Positions 28,812 to 42,891 are shown, numbered from the stretch's first letter. The stretch: 64,000 bases of DNA from Octopus vulgaris (GCA_951406725.2 OX597835.1:11842001-11906000); one strand, 5' to 3'. A program made the numbers and translations. Notes: a model not told the origin generated them from the sequence alone.

Positions 28812-28915
28812 TTTATTTCAATTTTCTTCCCATTTCTTACCGTGTGTCTTCCCGAGACATAGAGCAAAGGAAATCACTGCATACGTTGGTAGGCAATTAA
28901 CACAAACACTCCATT
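28812..28915 (-). mobile_element. R4-type LINE 3' UTR remnant
   Basis: Reverse complement resembles the 9440-9535 3' UTR (gcctacca...tttgc.cta...cgggaagacac..g.aagaaatgg). Confidence 0.6.
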
Positions 28916-28989
28916 TTCTTCTTTTACAAAGTCGAGTTATGTGATAGGAAGGAAAAGGGGAAAACAGAAACAATACAGAATTATTATTA

Positions 28990-29074
<85 letters not shown>

Positions 29075-29557
29075 CATTATTATTATTATTATTATTACTA
29101 TTATCATAATCATTATTATTATTATAATATTTTTAGTGGTGAGCGGGGAGAAACGTTTGCACGCCGGACAAAATGCTTAGATATTTTTCCTCTGTCTTTG
29201 TGTTCTGAGCTCAAATTCTTCCGAGAACGACTTTGCATTTCGTCGTTTCGTGTTCGACGAAGTACCAGCGCAGCACTGATGTGTTAGGGTCCGTCTGATC
29301 AGTTAGGGTCCGTCTCGAAATTTCAGGTCTTGTGCCTATATGAGGACGGATTACCATTACTAGTGATAACAGTATTGGTGACGGGCTGGCAGAGTCGCTA
29401 CTTTGCCGGACGAAACGATCGGCGGCATTTCTTCCGGTTTTACTTACTCCGTAAGTTTGACTTTGCCTTTCATGCCGTCGGCTTCGAAAGCAATCCACTT
29501 AACCTTTCTCCCGTTCTTGGATGCCTTGTACCATAATTTGAGGCCAATGTTATTAAC

Positions 29558-30375
<818 letters not shown>

Positions 30376-30929
30376 ATTGAGTGATAGATACAGATATAGA
30401 TGCATAAATTTATAAATAGATGCAGAGATTTATAAATCCATAGAGAATTTATAAATTTCTGCATCGATATAATTGTGTGTGTGTGTGTGTTCTTCTGCAA
30501 AATAGCTTACAAGACGCCACAGAATATCGAACCAGACACACAAGCTTTAAGTAAGCAGTCTGTATTATTAAGTTAAGCGACCCGTCTCTTAATATTTTTG
30601 CAAAATAAATGTGGTCAGTAGCTTGATTACCAACCACATGGTCCTGGGTTCAGTCCCACTACGTGGAACCTTGGGCAAGTGTCTTCTGCTATAGCCTCGG
30701 GCCGGCCAAAGCCCTGTGAGTGGTTTACAAAAATTACTACTCTCCTTCCATTATTACCAAATCTAAAACATAATTTACGAGCGGATGTTATTTGTGAAGA
30801 ACATGCGATCTGTAAAGCGGCGCTACATGGTTTCTTTCTATCTAGCTGACTTGAACACAAATATATATACCTGCATGAGTTCATGCATGTATATATATAC
30901 ATGTATATATATATGTATATATATATATA

Positions 30930-31286
30930 TGTACGTTTAAATATATTTTTTATGTAGTCGTGTGTTGAAACAGATATTGTTATATTTCGGAATATATTGC
31001 CAGTTTAGCCAATAAAAACACACGCACTATATATTTGGTGTTATTTTGCTTCAGTGATATTTATTTTTTACAATAGAAATACAAAATGGCTGACGGTTAA
31101 TAAGGAGAGAAGTGAGAAGAAAACAAAGGACCACTGATGCGGTCACAGGAGTGTGACGAAAGAACTTTGGCCGAAATAAGATTAAGATTAATGTAAAAAA
31201 TAAATATCACTGAAGCAAAATAACACCAAATATATAGTGCGTGTGTTTTTATTGGCTAAACTGGCAATATGAAATATAACAATATA

Positions 31287-31287
<1 letters not shown>
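30930..31287. mobile_element. Palindromic module with ~76-bp inverted arms enclosing a hammerhead-like motif (31131-31170)
   Basis: Arm 30993-31070 is the reverse complement of ~31193-31270. The interior reads cca CTGATGC g gtcac[aggagt]gtgac GAAA gaac TT tgg. Related copy at 56057-56460. Confidence 0.75.
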
Positions 31288-31336
<49 letters not shown>

Positions 31337-31337
<1 letters not shown>

Positions 31338-31502
31338 AGGAAAAATTAAAAGTGCAGAATGCTCAATTGAAAGAAAATTTTAATGAAATGAGAAATTGAT
31401 AAAATATATAAATATATATTAATTCAAACCGGTTTTCGTCAATTTCTCATTTCATTAAAATTTTCTTTCAATTGAGCATTCTGCATTTTACAATTTTTCC
31501 TT
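31337..31502. repeat. Inverted repeat with ~63-bp arms in a module between (TA)n tracts
   Basis: aaggaaaaatt..tgcagaatgctcaattgaaagaaaattttaatgaaatgagaaattga pairs with tcaatttctcatttcattaaaattttctttcaattgagcattctgca..aatttttcctt. Confidence 0.85.
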
Positions 31503-31554
31503 ACTTATCATTTCTCCACGTGCGGTCAACACAACTCCACCATTTATTGATCTA

Positions 31555-31603
<49 letters not shown>

Positions 31604-31890
31604 AGAATGTTTTGAAATAACTGGCTACCGGTGATTATCTGATCAAAACTTGAAGATAGTTTGCATCTAGATTAACGAACAATTCAACATCCTACAGTGT
31701 AGAGTGGATAAACGGAAAACAGTAACTGTTAAATCAAAGGATATTAAAGTGAAGACCTTGAAGAAACTGCACTTGTATTAAAGTCTGTTTGTCAATTGCA
31801 ACGGTTACTAATCGAAGCAGTAGAAGCACGTGTAGGTTTGTTTGAGGCTGTAACTAAAGGTAATGCTACGCTACTTCGAAATAATTGCTA

Positions 31891-32266
31891 TCTATCATAT
31901 AAAATCCGATCTCTCTGTCTGTCTGTGTGTTTTCTAGGATCTCGGGCATCCTCCATCCGATTGCGCTCAAATTTGATATGTAGATACCGACGGTATCAGG
32001 GCGTGTATAAGTCTTGCGAAAATTACAAAAATTGATTCCAGGTGAGAATGCGATCGATAAAGCCGTGGGAACCTGCATTTGTACGCGCAAGTACATCAGC
32101 TGTTGCGATCGATACTACGCGTACACGAGAAAAGTGCGCAAAAAATGCCGACTGGCTTGAAATAATGCCACAAAATGGGACAGTTGGACAAGCTGTTTTG
32201 AGAAAATTTGGTTTAAATGTTTGACAACCCAGCACCGACCATTGGACGGGGGGCGTTTTGCTCGCT
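31891..32266 (+). mobile_element. Helitron-like non-autonomous element
   Basis: A|TCTATCATATAAAA start, a (CTGT)n stretch, ccgattgcgctcaaatttg, and a degenerate 3' hairpin ccgaccattggacgg. The terminal CTRR is not intact. Confidence 0.55.
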
Positions 32267-32339
32267 ACATATGTGCATGTTTGTGTGTGTGTATGTAATA
32301 AGGATTATTACGAAGTAGCACCGAATTATCTTTAATTCC

Positions 32340-32404
<65 letters not shown>

Positions 32405-32855
32405 ACCTACACAAGCCTCTACACATTATTTATACATAATCAGTCGCAAAATATTTGCCATGTCTATAAGACATTTTTTATTTATCTCATCCTATGCTAT
32501 CTAAAGTTGAAGAATTTACACATAAATACTGAAACATATGTCAACACACATACACGAAGAAGATGTAGATTGAAACAGATATCTGCATTTTTATATACAT
32601 AGACAACCCATATTTATTTTCATCGTAATCCTAGATTCCTCTCGTATGATTCGACATCGATGGGAAAAAGAATTAACGAAGTTATTTCTCCGGTTATCCA
32701 TATTTTGTGTAAAATCACTAACGATTATTGTCTAGTAATAAACAAAAATTGTATATAAAAGACAATAAACATTGTGACGTTTTGTGTCTATTCCCTTTAT
32801 TCCAGACGTTTACGCGGTTAACCTTGGGATTCGAAACCGGTACTCCATCTTTGAG

Positions 32856-33272
32856 ACGGTGGCGAGCTAGTAGAGACGTTAGCACACCGGGCGAAATGCT
32901 TAACGGTATTTCGTCTGCCCTTACGTTGTGAGTTCAAATTCCGCCGAGGTCGACTTTGCCTTTCATCCTTTCGGGGTCGATGAATTAAGTACCAGTTACG
33001 CACTGGAGTCGATGTAATCGACTTAATACCTATGTCTGTCCTTGTTTGTCCCTTCTTTGTTTAGCCCCTTGTGGGTAATAAAGAAATAGGTATTTCGTCT
33101 GCGTTACGTTGTGAGTTCAAAAATCCGCCGAGGTCGACTTTGCCTTTCATCCTTTCGGGGTCGATGAATTAAGTACCAGTTACGCACTGGGGTCGATGTA
33201 ATCGACTTAATACCTATGTCTGTCCTTGTTTGTCCCCTCTGTGTTTGGCCCCTTGTGGGTAATAAAGAAATA
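32856..33272 (+). mobile_element. SINE-A head-to-tail dimer
   Basis: Full first unit, junction aagaaata|ggtatttcgtctg at 33088/33089, and a 16-bp TSD ggtactccatctttga at 32839-32854 and 33273-33288. Confidence 0.9.
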
Positions 33273-33707
33273 GGTACTCCATCTTTGAACTCTACATTGA
33301 ATTCCCATCCGGTTTAAGTTGATTATCTTTTTGATACACGAGTACATACATAGTTAAAAATGAACATTAATAAATTATTACAGTTCACCATATTAATGAG
33401 CTCAAAAATGCAGTCGGTTGTATTACATATTTTGCTTTAATTTTAAGAGATAAATTTTTTTTTTATCAGTTAAGTCATTATCGCAAGTAAATCAGCTAAT
33501 ATCATTCAATTCCCATTCATTCAAATATGATGTGCTAAACTGTTCATATATGCAACAAAACTGTTCAGAAATAAATTATTAATGCAGTTTTCAGTTTAAC
33601 CGCAAGCAATTTTACCTTATCATATTGCATTTAAATCACACGATCTCATGCACACACAAATGCGTACGAAAATGATCAAATACACACACACACACACATA
33701 TATACAC

Positions 33708-33844
<137 letters not shown>

Positions 33845-33859
33845 CATATATATATACAC

Positions 33860-33890
<31 letters not shown>

Positions 33891-33934
33891 CATATATATA
33901 TACACATATATATATACATATATATATATAACAT

Positions 33935-33998
<64 letters not shown>

Positions 33999-34504
33999 TT
34001 ACATGCATACATATATACAGGTACGTGTGTGAGAACAGGAATATCCAAGATAAAAGTAAACGAAAGAAAGCAAATGAAATACGACAAAAAAGAAAAAAAG
34101 AGAAACATCTAGAAGAAACCTTAGGATATATGAGTAAAAAGAAACAAATCAATTGTTTACGGCGATTATGTATGGCTACGAGAATAGCTTTACATTGGAA
34201 ATCTCGCATCACATGGCAGTGAAAATTTTAGAATAAATTTAAATGAATTTGAATAGAATTTTTTTTTTTTCAGAGAAGTTACATGCTAACCATATAGAAT
34301 AAATTTGTGCATGTGTCCAATACATATCTTTGTATGTGTGTACGTGTACGGTAGTAATATGCATAGGTATTTGTGTTAAAATGTATGTGATGCTGGTGGT
34401 GGTGAGTGGTGGAGTATTCTGTTTCGCTATAAATGTGTGTGGATATGGGCGAATATCGGACAGAAAACAATTCTTATGAAAATGAAGGTAGTTTTCTTGG
34501 TAAT

Positions 34505-34702
34505 GTTTGCCAAAATCGTGTAAATCAGTAATTCTTGAATATTTTTGCTCAAAACCCTCCACCTCGCGTTTCTGTCGCCAAAAAATCATCACCGCCCAAA
34601 TTTCCATATACTTTCGAATTTTTCACAATTTACCGCCCACCAAATTCTCTGTAACGCCCCCGCAGAGGGATGTTACGGCCCATTTTGACATACACGGGCC
34701 TA
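34505..34702. mobile_element. Probable hAT-like DNA transposon terminus
   Basis: Repeated ccgccc/cgcccc subterminal motifs ending in ...tttgacatacacgggccta. Confidence 0.4.
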
Positions 34703-34806
34703 AAGAGAAGTGGTACATGCAACGAATATATCTACATCTAACCCTGTACATATATGCATCTATCTCTCCAGCTATCTCTCTGTCTGTCTGTCTGTCTATC
34801 TATCTG

Positions 34807-34869
<63 letters not shown>

Positions 34870-34879
34870 GTCTATCTAT

Positions 34880-35133
34880 CTTCTTTTTTCATTTCTCTTT
34901 TCTTTTGTTCCTTTTCCTTTTCTTTTCTTTTTCTTTTTATTCTTTTTATTTTTTATTTTATTTTTGTATTTTTTGGGGTTTTTTCTTCCCTTTTACGATC
35001 CCTCTTGATCGAAAACCTACGCAACCCCTTTTTTTGTTTCTTTTGTTTTTTGTTTTTTTCATCCCCCAAAAGAAAAGCTCTACCTTGTAACTTGTCCCAT
35101 CTGTGTGCAGCCCTGTGTGGCCAATAAAGAAAC
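34880..35133 (+). mobile_element. Retroelement 3' end (T-rich UTR, ...aataaagaaac) inserted in (TATC)n
   Basis: Flanked on both sides by (TATC)n. The last ~50 nt resemble the SINE-A tail. Confidence 0.6.
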
Positions 35134-35196
<63 letters not shown>

Positions 35197-35212
35197 ATCT
35201 TATCTATCTATC

Positions 35213-35243
<31 letters not shown>

Positions 35244-37164
35244 CTATCTGTCTGTCTGTCTATCTTTCTGTCTGTGTGCCTGTCTATCTATCTATCTATT
35301 TATCTTTAAAATATTAATTAAAATTATTCACATCTCAACTCCATGAAATATATGAGTTTCTTAAAATACTAATTTAAGCATCATTTATTAATTCCACTTG
35401 CTTTTCACTCCTCCATTGTATTTCGTTTCCTCTCTGCGTGTCTTTCTCTCTCACTGTTTTTTTTTCCTTCTTTCTGAGGTAACGTGCAGTATTAAAGCAA
35501 TATTCAGTTCACGAACGAGTTATATTTTAATTGAACAAGCTGCTTAATATGACTTATATACGCAAATTTCTCCATCCAATTTACGTAAGTGATTTGTAGT
35601 AGTGGACATATTAACAGTAAGTTCATTGAGATGCAAAAGGAACATGCACTCTCTGGGTAGACTTCGACACAAGTTTGAAACTGAGTAATTCAAGTTTTTC
35701 GATATTACATAAAAATTAGACGCTAACACACATTTGTATGTATAATTTATGGGCTAGAATTTTATACATATATTATGAAGTACAGTGTATATTTTTATAT
35801 ATCTCATTACCTTTTATATTTTACTCGTTTCGGTCATGCTGGAGCACCGCCTTCAAGGGTTGACTTGGACACCAGCTTTTAATTTTCAAGCCTGTTATTT
35901 ATTCTATCGATGCATTTTACCGAACTACTAAGTTTCGGGAACGTAAACAGACCAATTCCGGTTGTCAAATGGTAAAGGAACAAACACATACAAACACACC
36001 CAAACAAAAGGAACAGACACACCCACACATACTCACACACGCACGCACACACACACATATGTACATATATGTGTGTGTGTGTTCGACAGGCTTCTTTCAG
36101 TTTCCTTCGTACCAAATACATTTACAAGCTTTAGTGTATGTATGTATGTATGTATGTATGTATGTATGTATGTATGTGTGTATGTATGTATGTATGGATG
36201 TATGTATGTATAGGTGCAGACGTGGCTATGTGGTAAGAAGCTTGCTTCCCAACTAAGTGGTTTCGGGTTCAGTCCCACTGCGTAGCACTTTGATACTTGT
36301 CCAAGGTACCACGCAGTGAGAGCGAACCTGGAACCATGTGGCTGGAAAGCAAGACTTCTTACCACATAGCTAGACTAGAATCTTCTATCAGTTTGTTCTT
36401 TCCAATAAAATTTTCCTTATCCTAAATCTATTAAATTATTATGAGATTAGCGGCATTTTCCGAATTAAATTTGCATTTTAACATATCCTGATTACGACTG
36501 TTTTCCATTTTGCTTCGTCCATATCATAATTACAAATATTACTGACTTCACAGGGAAAAAGAAGGCATCACCATTTGTTTCGCCCTCGGATAACAATACA
36601 TTATTAAATATCACCGTAGCAAGAAACAAAAAGATGAGTAAAAATTTAATATAGTCTCAAAGATCTTGCAGGCTGTCACAGCATGTTGTTACATTTTATT
36701 AAACGTAATGCATTTTGCTTTTAAGAATTACCGATCGTGTTTTCATTTTACTTTTTAACTATGCTATTCTCTCGTTGCCAATGCAACGGAATATGAGAGC
36801 AGTTCACATTATTCAATTATAACTCTCCTTGAAAAAAATAATAAATTAGCGATTTTTGTTTAGGGCTAAAAGAAATCCTTATTTTGATACAATATTAACG
36901 AAATAGATTGTGTACCGTTAGAGGGCTTACATGAAACAGCTTATGAATAAAATTTGATTCATTCAGAAACGTGTTCTGTACAATCTTCAGAACCCATGGA
37001 TTAGGGAACAATTTTATATTGGATGCTTTTCCAATTTTCACTCAACTTCACAAATAACTATGTTTTCTAATAGCTTAGTTTTTTTTTTTTTTTTTTTTAC
37101 TGATTACAGTCATAGAAAAAGCGGCCATTTAGGGACACTAGCATCGAGGGTTTCGTCGGTCGCA

Positions 37165-37392
37165 TTCTCTTTTACTCTCTTTTACTTGTTTCAGTCATTT
37201 GACTGCGGCCATGCTGGAGCACCGCCTTTTAGTCGAGCAACTCGACCCCGGGACTTATTCTTTGTAAGCCCAGTACTTATTCTATCGGTCTCTTTTGCCG
37301 AACCGCTAAGTTACGGGAACATAAACACACCAGCATCGGTTGTCAAGCAATGCTGGGGGGACAAACACAGACACACAAACACAGACACACAA

Positions 37393-37431
<39 letters not shown>

Positions 37432-37592
37432 CGACAGGCTTCTTCCAGTTTCCGTCTACCAAATCCACTCACAAGGCATTAGTCGGCCCGGGGCTATAGC
37501 AGAAGACACTTGCCCAAGATGCCACGCAGTGGGACTGAACCCGGAACCATGTGGTTGGTTAGCAAGCTACTTACCACACAGCCACTCCGGCG
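37165..37592 (-). mobile_element. SINE-C, full-length, with an internal (TA)n(TG)n microsatellite
   Basis: Reverse complement head ggagtggctgtgtggtaagtagcttgc...gggttcagtccc, then cttgggcaagtgtc, and tail gactgaaacaagtaaaagagagtaaaagag. Near-identical copy at 41060-41542. Confidence 0.9.
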
Positions 37593-38232
37593 CCCATCTA
37601 ATTAAAACACTGGATGTCAGTTTTAAAAATACGTTTTGCTTTTTTTCCTTTTCTTTATATTTCTTTCTTTGTGTGTGTTTTCCGGGAAACTATTTTCTTT
37701 TAATATATTTGTGCTTGTCCGACGTCTTCTGAAGATGATCCAGTAAAACACTTCAAGACGTCTCAAATGTCTAAATATGATACAAAATATAAAAGGGTAT
37801 TTCGACCGGCTTTGAATATAATTTCACGAACTGATATGAAAATTATTATTTTGTTTTGATCTAAGATCCACCCCCAGACTAATCCGGAACGAGTGAATTG
37901 AAACTGCAGAAATCGAAAATACCAATCGTTAGGATGCCGGATGAAATGATTCGATGCTTTGTTTCTTTTTCGAGCTCGATGTTCACACTTGAAATTTCGC
38001 CGACATCGATTTTACCTTTGGTTCTTCGGGTTCAATGAAATATGTACCAGTTGTGCACTGGGGTTGATGTAATCGATTAACACACCTCCCCAGATTTCAA
38101 ACGTGTACTTATATTAGGACAATGTTGTTGATGACGATGATGATGATGATGATGGACGTGATGATTCTGATCATTAAATTAAGTACCAGTTGAGTACTGG
38201 GGTCGATGTAATCGACTAGTCCCCTCCCCACA

Positions 38233-39260
38233 TTTCTATTTCAAGATCTTTATATTTTCTCAGGTTTTGGTAGGTCTTGACGGATACGTTTATATCGATT
38301 GGGACAGCCATATCAATGAGAAGGCATGATTTTTGTCTGAAGCCTTTCAATATAATGTCTGGACTATTCGCATCCATCTTTCTGTCAGTTTGAACGGTGA
38401 AGTTCCAGAAGAGTGTAGTGTGAACGTTTTCAAGCACTGGGAGTGGTTTGTGTTCCCACCAGTTTTTATCGTGGGGCAGGTCCAGGTTTTTGCAAATTAC
38501 CCAGCGAATATATTGTGCTGCCTCTATCATGCCGCACGAATACTGCACATGGAGACAACATGATCAATGGTTTCATTTTGGTGTTTATGACATGTTGGGC
38601 TACTGCCGTTCTTTAAAATGTTGGCATGGTAGCTCCTCGTAGGTAGGCATTGATCTTGGATTTCTATGATAAACACTTCTGTTTCTGATTTTAAGCCAGA
38701 AGACACTAACTCTTGATGGGTAAGGGCTTTGTCAACATCGGCTCTCTTTCGGTATTTGCCATTCAGAGGGATGTCTTGCCATTTATCAGGCAGCATTTAT
38801 CTAAGGCAGCAGTTTTAGCACGGGTTTTCATACGCTTAGTTTTCCTGTACTTGTTTCCAGTACGTCTAAATCTGGGATTCGTTGCATTTGGAATTCACTT
38901 AGATATGACATTCCTTTACTTGTTTTGTTACTGAGTATGATGTTTTCTTGTTTTCATGATTTAAGACAAGCTTTAATATTCAGGTAGGTGTCTAGGCCAG
39001 TTGTAGCAATCTTATTTGTCAGTTCCAGTTGTAAAAGTCCACGGCCACCCTATTTTCTTGGCAGGTAAAGTCGTTCTATATCTGCCTTAGAATGGTGCAT
39101 TCTATGTATTGTCAGCGCAATTTTCGTGTTTTTCTCGCAAGGTAACATATTTCAGTAATTGGCTAAATGATATTGAAACTCTAAGTCACGATTTGTATGG
39201 GTAAATTATTGATTGCTTCTATCTTGTTTCTTGCATTTAGCTCTGTCTTGAGTATTGCCC
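38233..39260 (-). mobile_element. R4/Dong-type LINE 3' portion (same family as 7998-9172)
   Basis: RAILKTELNARNKIEAIN..., ALTHQELVSSGLKSETE...QDQCLPTR, WWEHKP...PDIILK...LLIDMAVP...KYKDLEIE. Confidence 0.9.
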
Positions 39261-40790
39261 TTTGAGAAATCTAATGCAGAGGAAGCTAAAAGGTTTTGGA
39301 GTAAACCAGTCAATCGTAATGGAGATGCAGTATGGTTAAAGAAAGTGAAGGAGAAACAGCCAGATCTAAGATTATCTTGTGCATTAATGAGTAAAGAGTT
39401 TAAAAAATGCCGAATTGTAGGGACTCCGAACCAGATCTAGTTCTAGGGTACTGACTAAAGAAATCCAGTAGATTACATGGGAGGAGGCTAAGGGAACAAT
39501 TTCATGATTGCCTTAATGGAGGAATAATACCAGATTGTATGACTAGAGGGAGGATAATGCTCATTATGAAGGATAAGAGCAAGGGTAATACAGCCAGCAA
39601 ATATAGGCCAATCCCTTGCTTACCATTAGTGTGAAAGATGTTAACGGGAATGCTTTCAGAAAACATTTACGAGCACCATAACAACCAGAATTTACTGCCA
39701 GAAGAAGAGAAAGGTTGCAGGAAGAAGGCTAGAGGAGCGCATGATCTATTATATAGAGACAAAGTGGAGACGCAATGGCCCAGTGGTTAGAGCAGCGGAC
39801 TCGCGGTCATAGGATCGCGGTTTCGATTCCCAGACCGGGCGTTGTGAGTGTTTATTGAGCGAAAACACCTAAAAAAGCTCCACGAGGCTCCGGCAGGGGA
39901 TGGTGGTGATCCCTGCTGTACTCTTTCACCACAACTTTCTCTCACTCTTACTTCCTGTTTCTGTTGTACCTGTATTTCAAGGGGCCGGCCTTGTCACTCT
40001 CTGTGTCACGCTGAATATCCCCGAGAACCACGTTAAGGGTGCACGTGTCTGTGGAGTGCTCAGCCACTTACACGTTAATTTCACGAGCAGGCTGTTCCGT
40101 TGATTCGGATCAACCGGAACCCTCATCGTCGTAACCGACGGAGTGCTTCCATATAGAGACAAACCAATTCTAAATGAAGTAAAAGCTAGAAAGAAAAATC
40201 AAACAATAGCATGGATAGATTATAGAAAAGCCTATGACATGATCTCACACTCATGTTTAAATGAATGTTTGAGTATATTCAGTAATTGCAGACAACATAA
40301 GAGAATTAATTAGCTTTAGCATGAAGAAATGCAAAGTAGATCTCTACTCAGGTGACACACTCTTAGGGAAAGTTAATATCAAAAGACGAATTTTCCAGGG
40401 GACACACTGTCCCCTTTAATATTTGTTCTATGTTTGATCACCCTCAGTTTAGTATTAAGGAAGGCAAATGCAGGGCATCAGTTCAGGAATAGTAATGGAA
40501 AATCAACCATTTGCTCTACATGGATGATATGAAACTTTTTAGTAAAAAGAGAGAGAGATTCCTTAATACAGACTGTAAGACACTTCAGCAAAGATATAGA
40601 CATGGGATTTTGCATAGTTAAGTATGCAATATTAGTCATGAGAAGGGGAGACGTAGTTAACGGAGAATGTATCCAATTACCAGATGGCCAGACATTAAAA
40701 TCAGTGAAAGGATGAGAGTTATAAGTATCTAGGAATATCAGTACCTGACAGCAACTACAGAAATGAAAACGAAAATTGAGAAGGGGCACA
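39261..40790 (+). mobile_element. R4-type LINE reverse transcriptase region (pseudogenised), interrupted by SINE-B
   Basis: YRPIPCLPLV, LLPEEEKGCRKKARG, AWIDYRKAYD, IFQGDTLSPLIFVLCL, INHLLYMDDMKLF and YKYLGI motifs with stops and frameshifts. Confidence 0.9.
39764..40150 (+). mobile_element. SINE-B, full-length
   Basis: 13-bp TSD atatagagacaaa at 39751-39763 and 40151-40163. Confidence 0.95.
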
Positions 40791-40946
40791 TTAGAGGGGT
40801 GGTTCATGAGCATTTAGGACCAAACCCCAACCCTAACCCTTTGTCAGTTACTTAAGACTGTGCGTTTGTGGCCTTTAGTTAGTTTAACTCTAATCTTAAG
40901 CAAAAGCGGTAGTAGTCAGTACCTTCTGTCACTTATGTGACCTCTA

Positions 40947-41024
<78 letters not shown>

Positions 41025-41059
41025 ATATTAATAGAGGTCACAAAAGTATATATATATAT

Positions 41060-41309
41060 ACTCTTTTACTCTTTTACTTGTTTCAGTCATTTGACTGCAG
41101 CCATGCTGGAGCACCGCCTTTAGTCGAGCAAATCGACCCCGGGACTTATTCTTTTGTAAGCCCAGTACTTATTCTATCGGTCTCTTTTGCCGAACCGCTA
41201 AGTTACGGGGACATAAACACACCAGCATCCGTTGTCAAGCAATGCTAGGGGCACAAACACAGACACACAAACACATACACACACATACATACATACATAC
41301 ATACATACA

Positions 41310-41387
<78 letters not shown>

Positions 41388-41542
41388 CGACAGGCTTCTT
41401 TCAGTTTCCGTCTACCAAATCCACTCACAAGGCATTGGTCGGACTCGGGGCTATAGCAGAAGACACTTGCCCAAGATGCCACGCAGTAGGACTGAACCCG
41501 GAACCATGTGGTTGGTTAGCAAGCTACTTACCACACAGCCAC
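41060..41542 (-). mobile_element. SINE-C, full-length
   Basis: Near-identical to 37165-37592, with a longer internal microsatellite. Confidence 0.9.
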
Positions 41543-42891
41543 AAAAAAAAAAAAATATATATATATATATATATATTTGTTTGTTTGTGCATGTAAGTGT
41601 GCGCATGCGTGTATTTCTTTGAATTGAAGTAATAATCATGGCAGTTATATAATTCCTCGCAAAAAAACCCCACTCATGTGTATCCGGCAGCCATTGAACA
41701 CAGAATTACGTAAGTTATGTTAGCGTGGAAAAGAAAAACCGAATTAGCACTCACTGAATTTCGTGATTCTACGTTTGTTAGCTCCGCGTGTCTTCCCTGC
41801 AGCTTGGAGATACGAAATGAATTTTTATAGTACAACAAGAAATAGTTTCATATTATAATAATCTAATTCATATAAAGTATAGTGTAAGAGATGATATAAT
41901 ATAACTTGTACGTTAATTTCTAAGTTTACACATGACCAGATCATTTATGTGAGATATTGACTGATGTATAAACCATGCGACTTAGAGGACATATGTGATT
42001 CTGAATATCTTCCGACTGAATGAAGCCGTATTGAAGTAAATATGCCCTTCACATCTTTGTCATGTGCAAATATTTTCGGTGAGAATTATATCTTTAATAC
42101 ATATTAGGAACTAAGATAAATCTCGTAATACTTTCAGATATAAAACCCAGTATCACGTTTTGTATATAGTGACAAGGCTCTTATTCTTACAGAATATATT
42201 CCAGCATGCTGAACATCTTAATTACATGACGCCATGTTGAATTGAGGTTGTCAGATTTGTTTCAGTAAATCGTCATTAAAAGTTCTTTGAAAGGGAAAAA
42301 AATGGACCTGATAGGATATAAGCAGTCTGTATTAGAGACAAAAGCAATGAGAATGATGTGTTGGTCTCCCGGTTATAATTACATACAGCATATGAGTATC
42401 TTCTCCTTGGATATTGTCAGCATTATATTTCATTTCTCTTGAGCGACAACCTTGTTATGCAAAATCCTTTTTCATATAACGTGTGTGGCCTAGGGTCAAA
42501 GGAATGGAATATATTTATAATTATGGTTTTAGTATCTGATTTCTCTATTCTCTTTTCCTATTATAGCAGAGTTTTCAAAAATGCAAGCATTGGTAATATA
42601 GGGACTAAGGTTTGCTTGGAGATCAATAGCAACATTTCATAATTTTCTACTATTTTGTCAAAGTTGTGTTAGGAAAACATTTATTCATTACATCATCGTG
42701 GACTATCGGTCTTCTTGAGTTCCTGTTGTCATTTAGCACTATAACTCTCTTGATGAAGCTTACCCAGGTACAAAGGCTTCCTGTTGATCTCTGTTTACTT
42801 TTATTTGTATTTAGACGTATAGTAAAATCATCAGGCTCCTCCCTCAAAAACACGACGGGCACACAGGAGAAAATCCTAGGGGATAATATCT

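Noticed and set aside
38233-40790. Head-to-head R4 fragments that look like a twin-priming 5' inversion
   Set aside because: The geometry fits, but the 59168-59357 copy shows the minus-strand family reads IREKVRRECYRRV before RAILKT, whereas the plus fragment ends EMKTKIEKGHIR. They are probably different families.
40825-40840. ccctaaccct as an interstitial telomere
   Set aside because: Only about two units; such motifs are common inside transposons.
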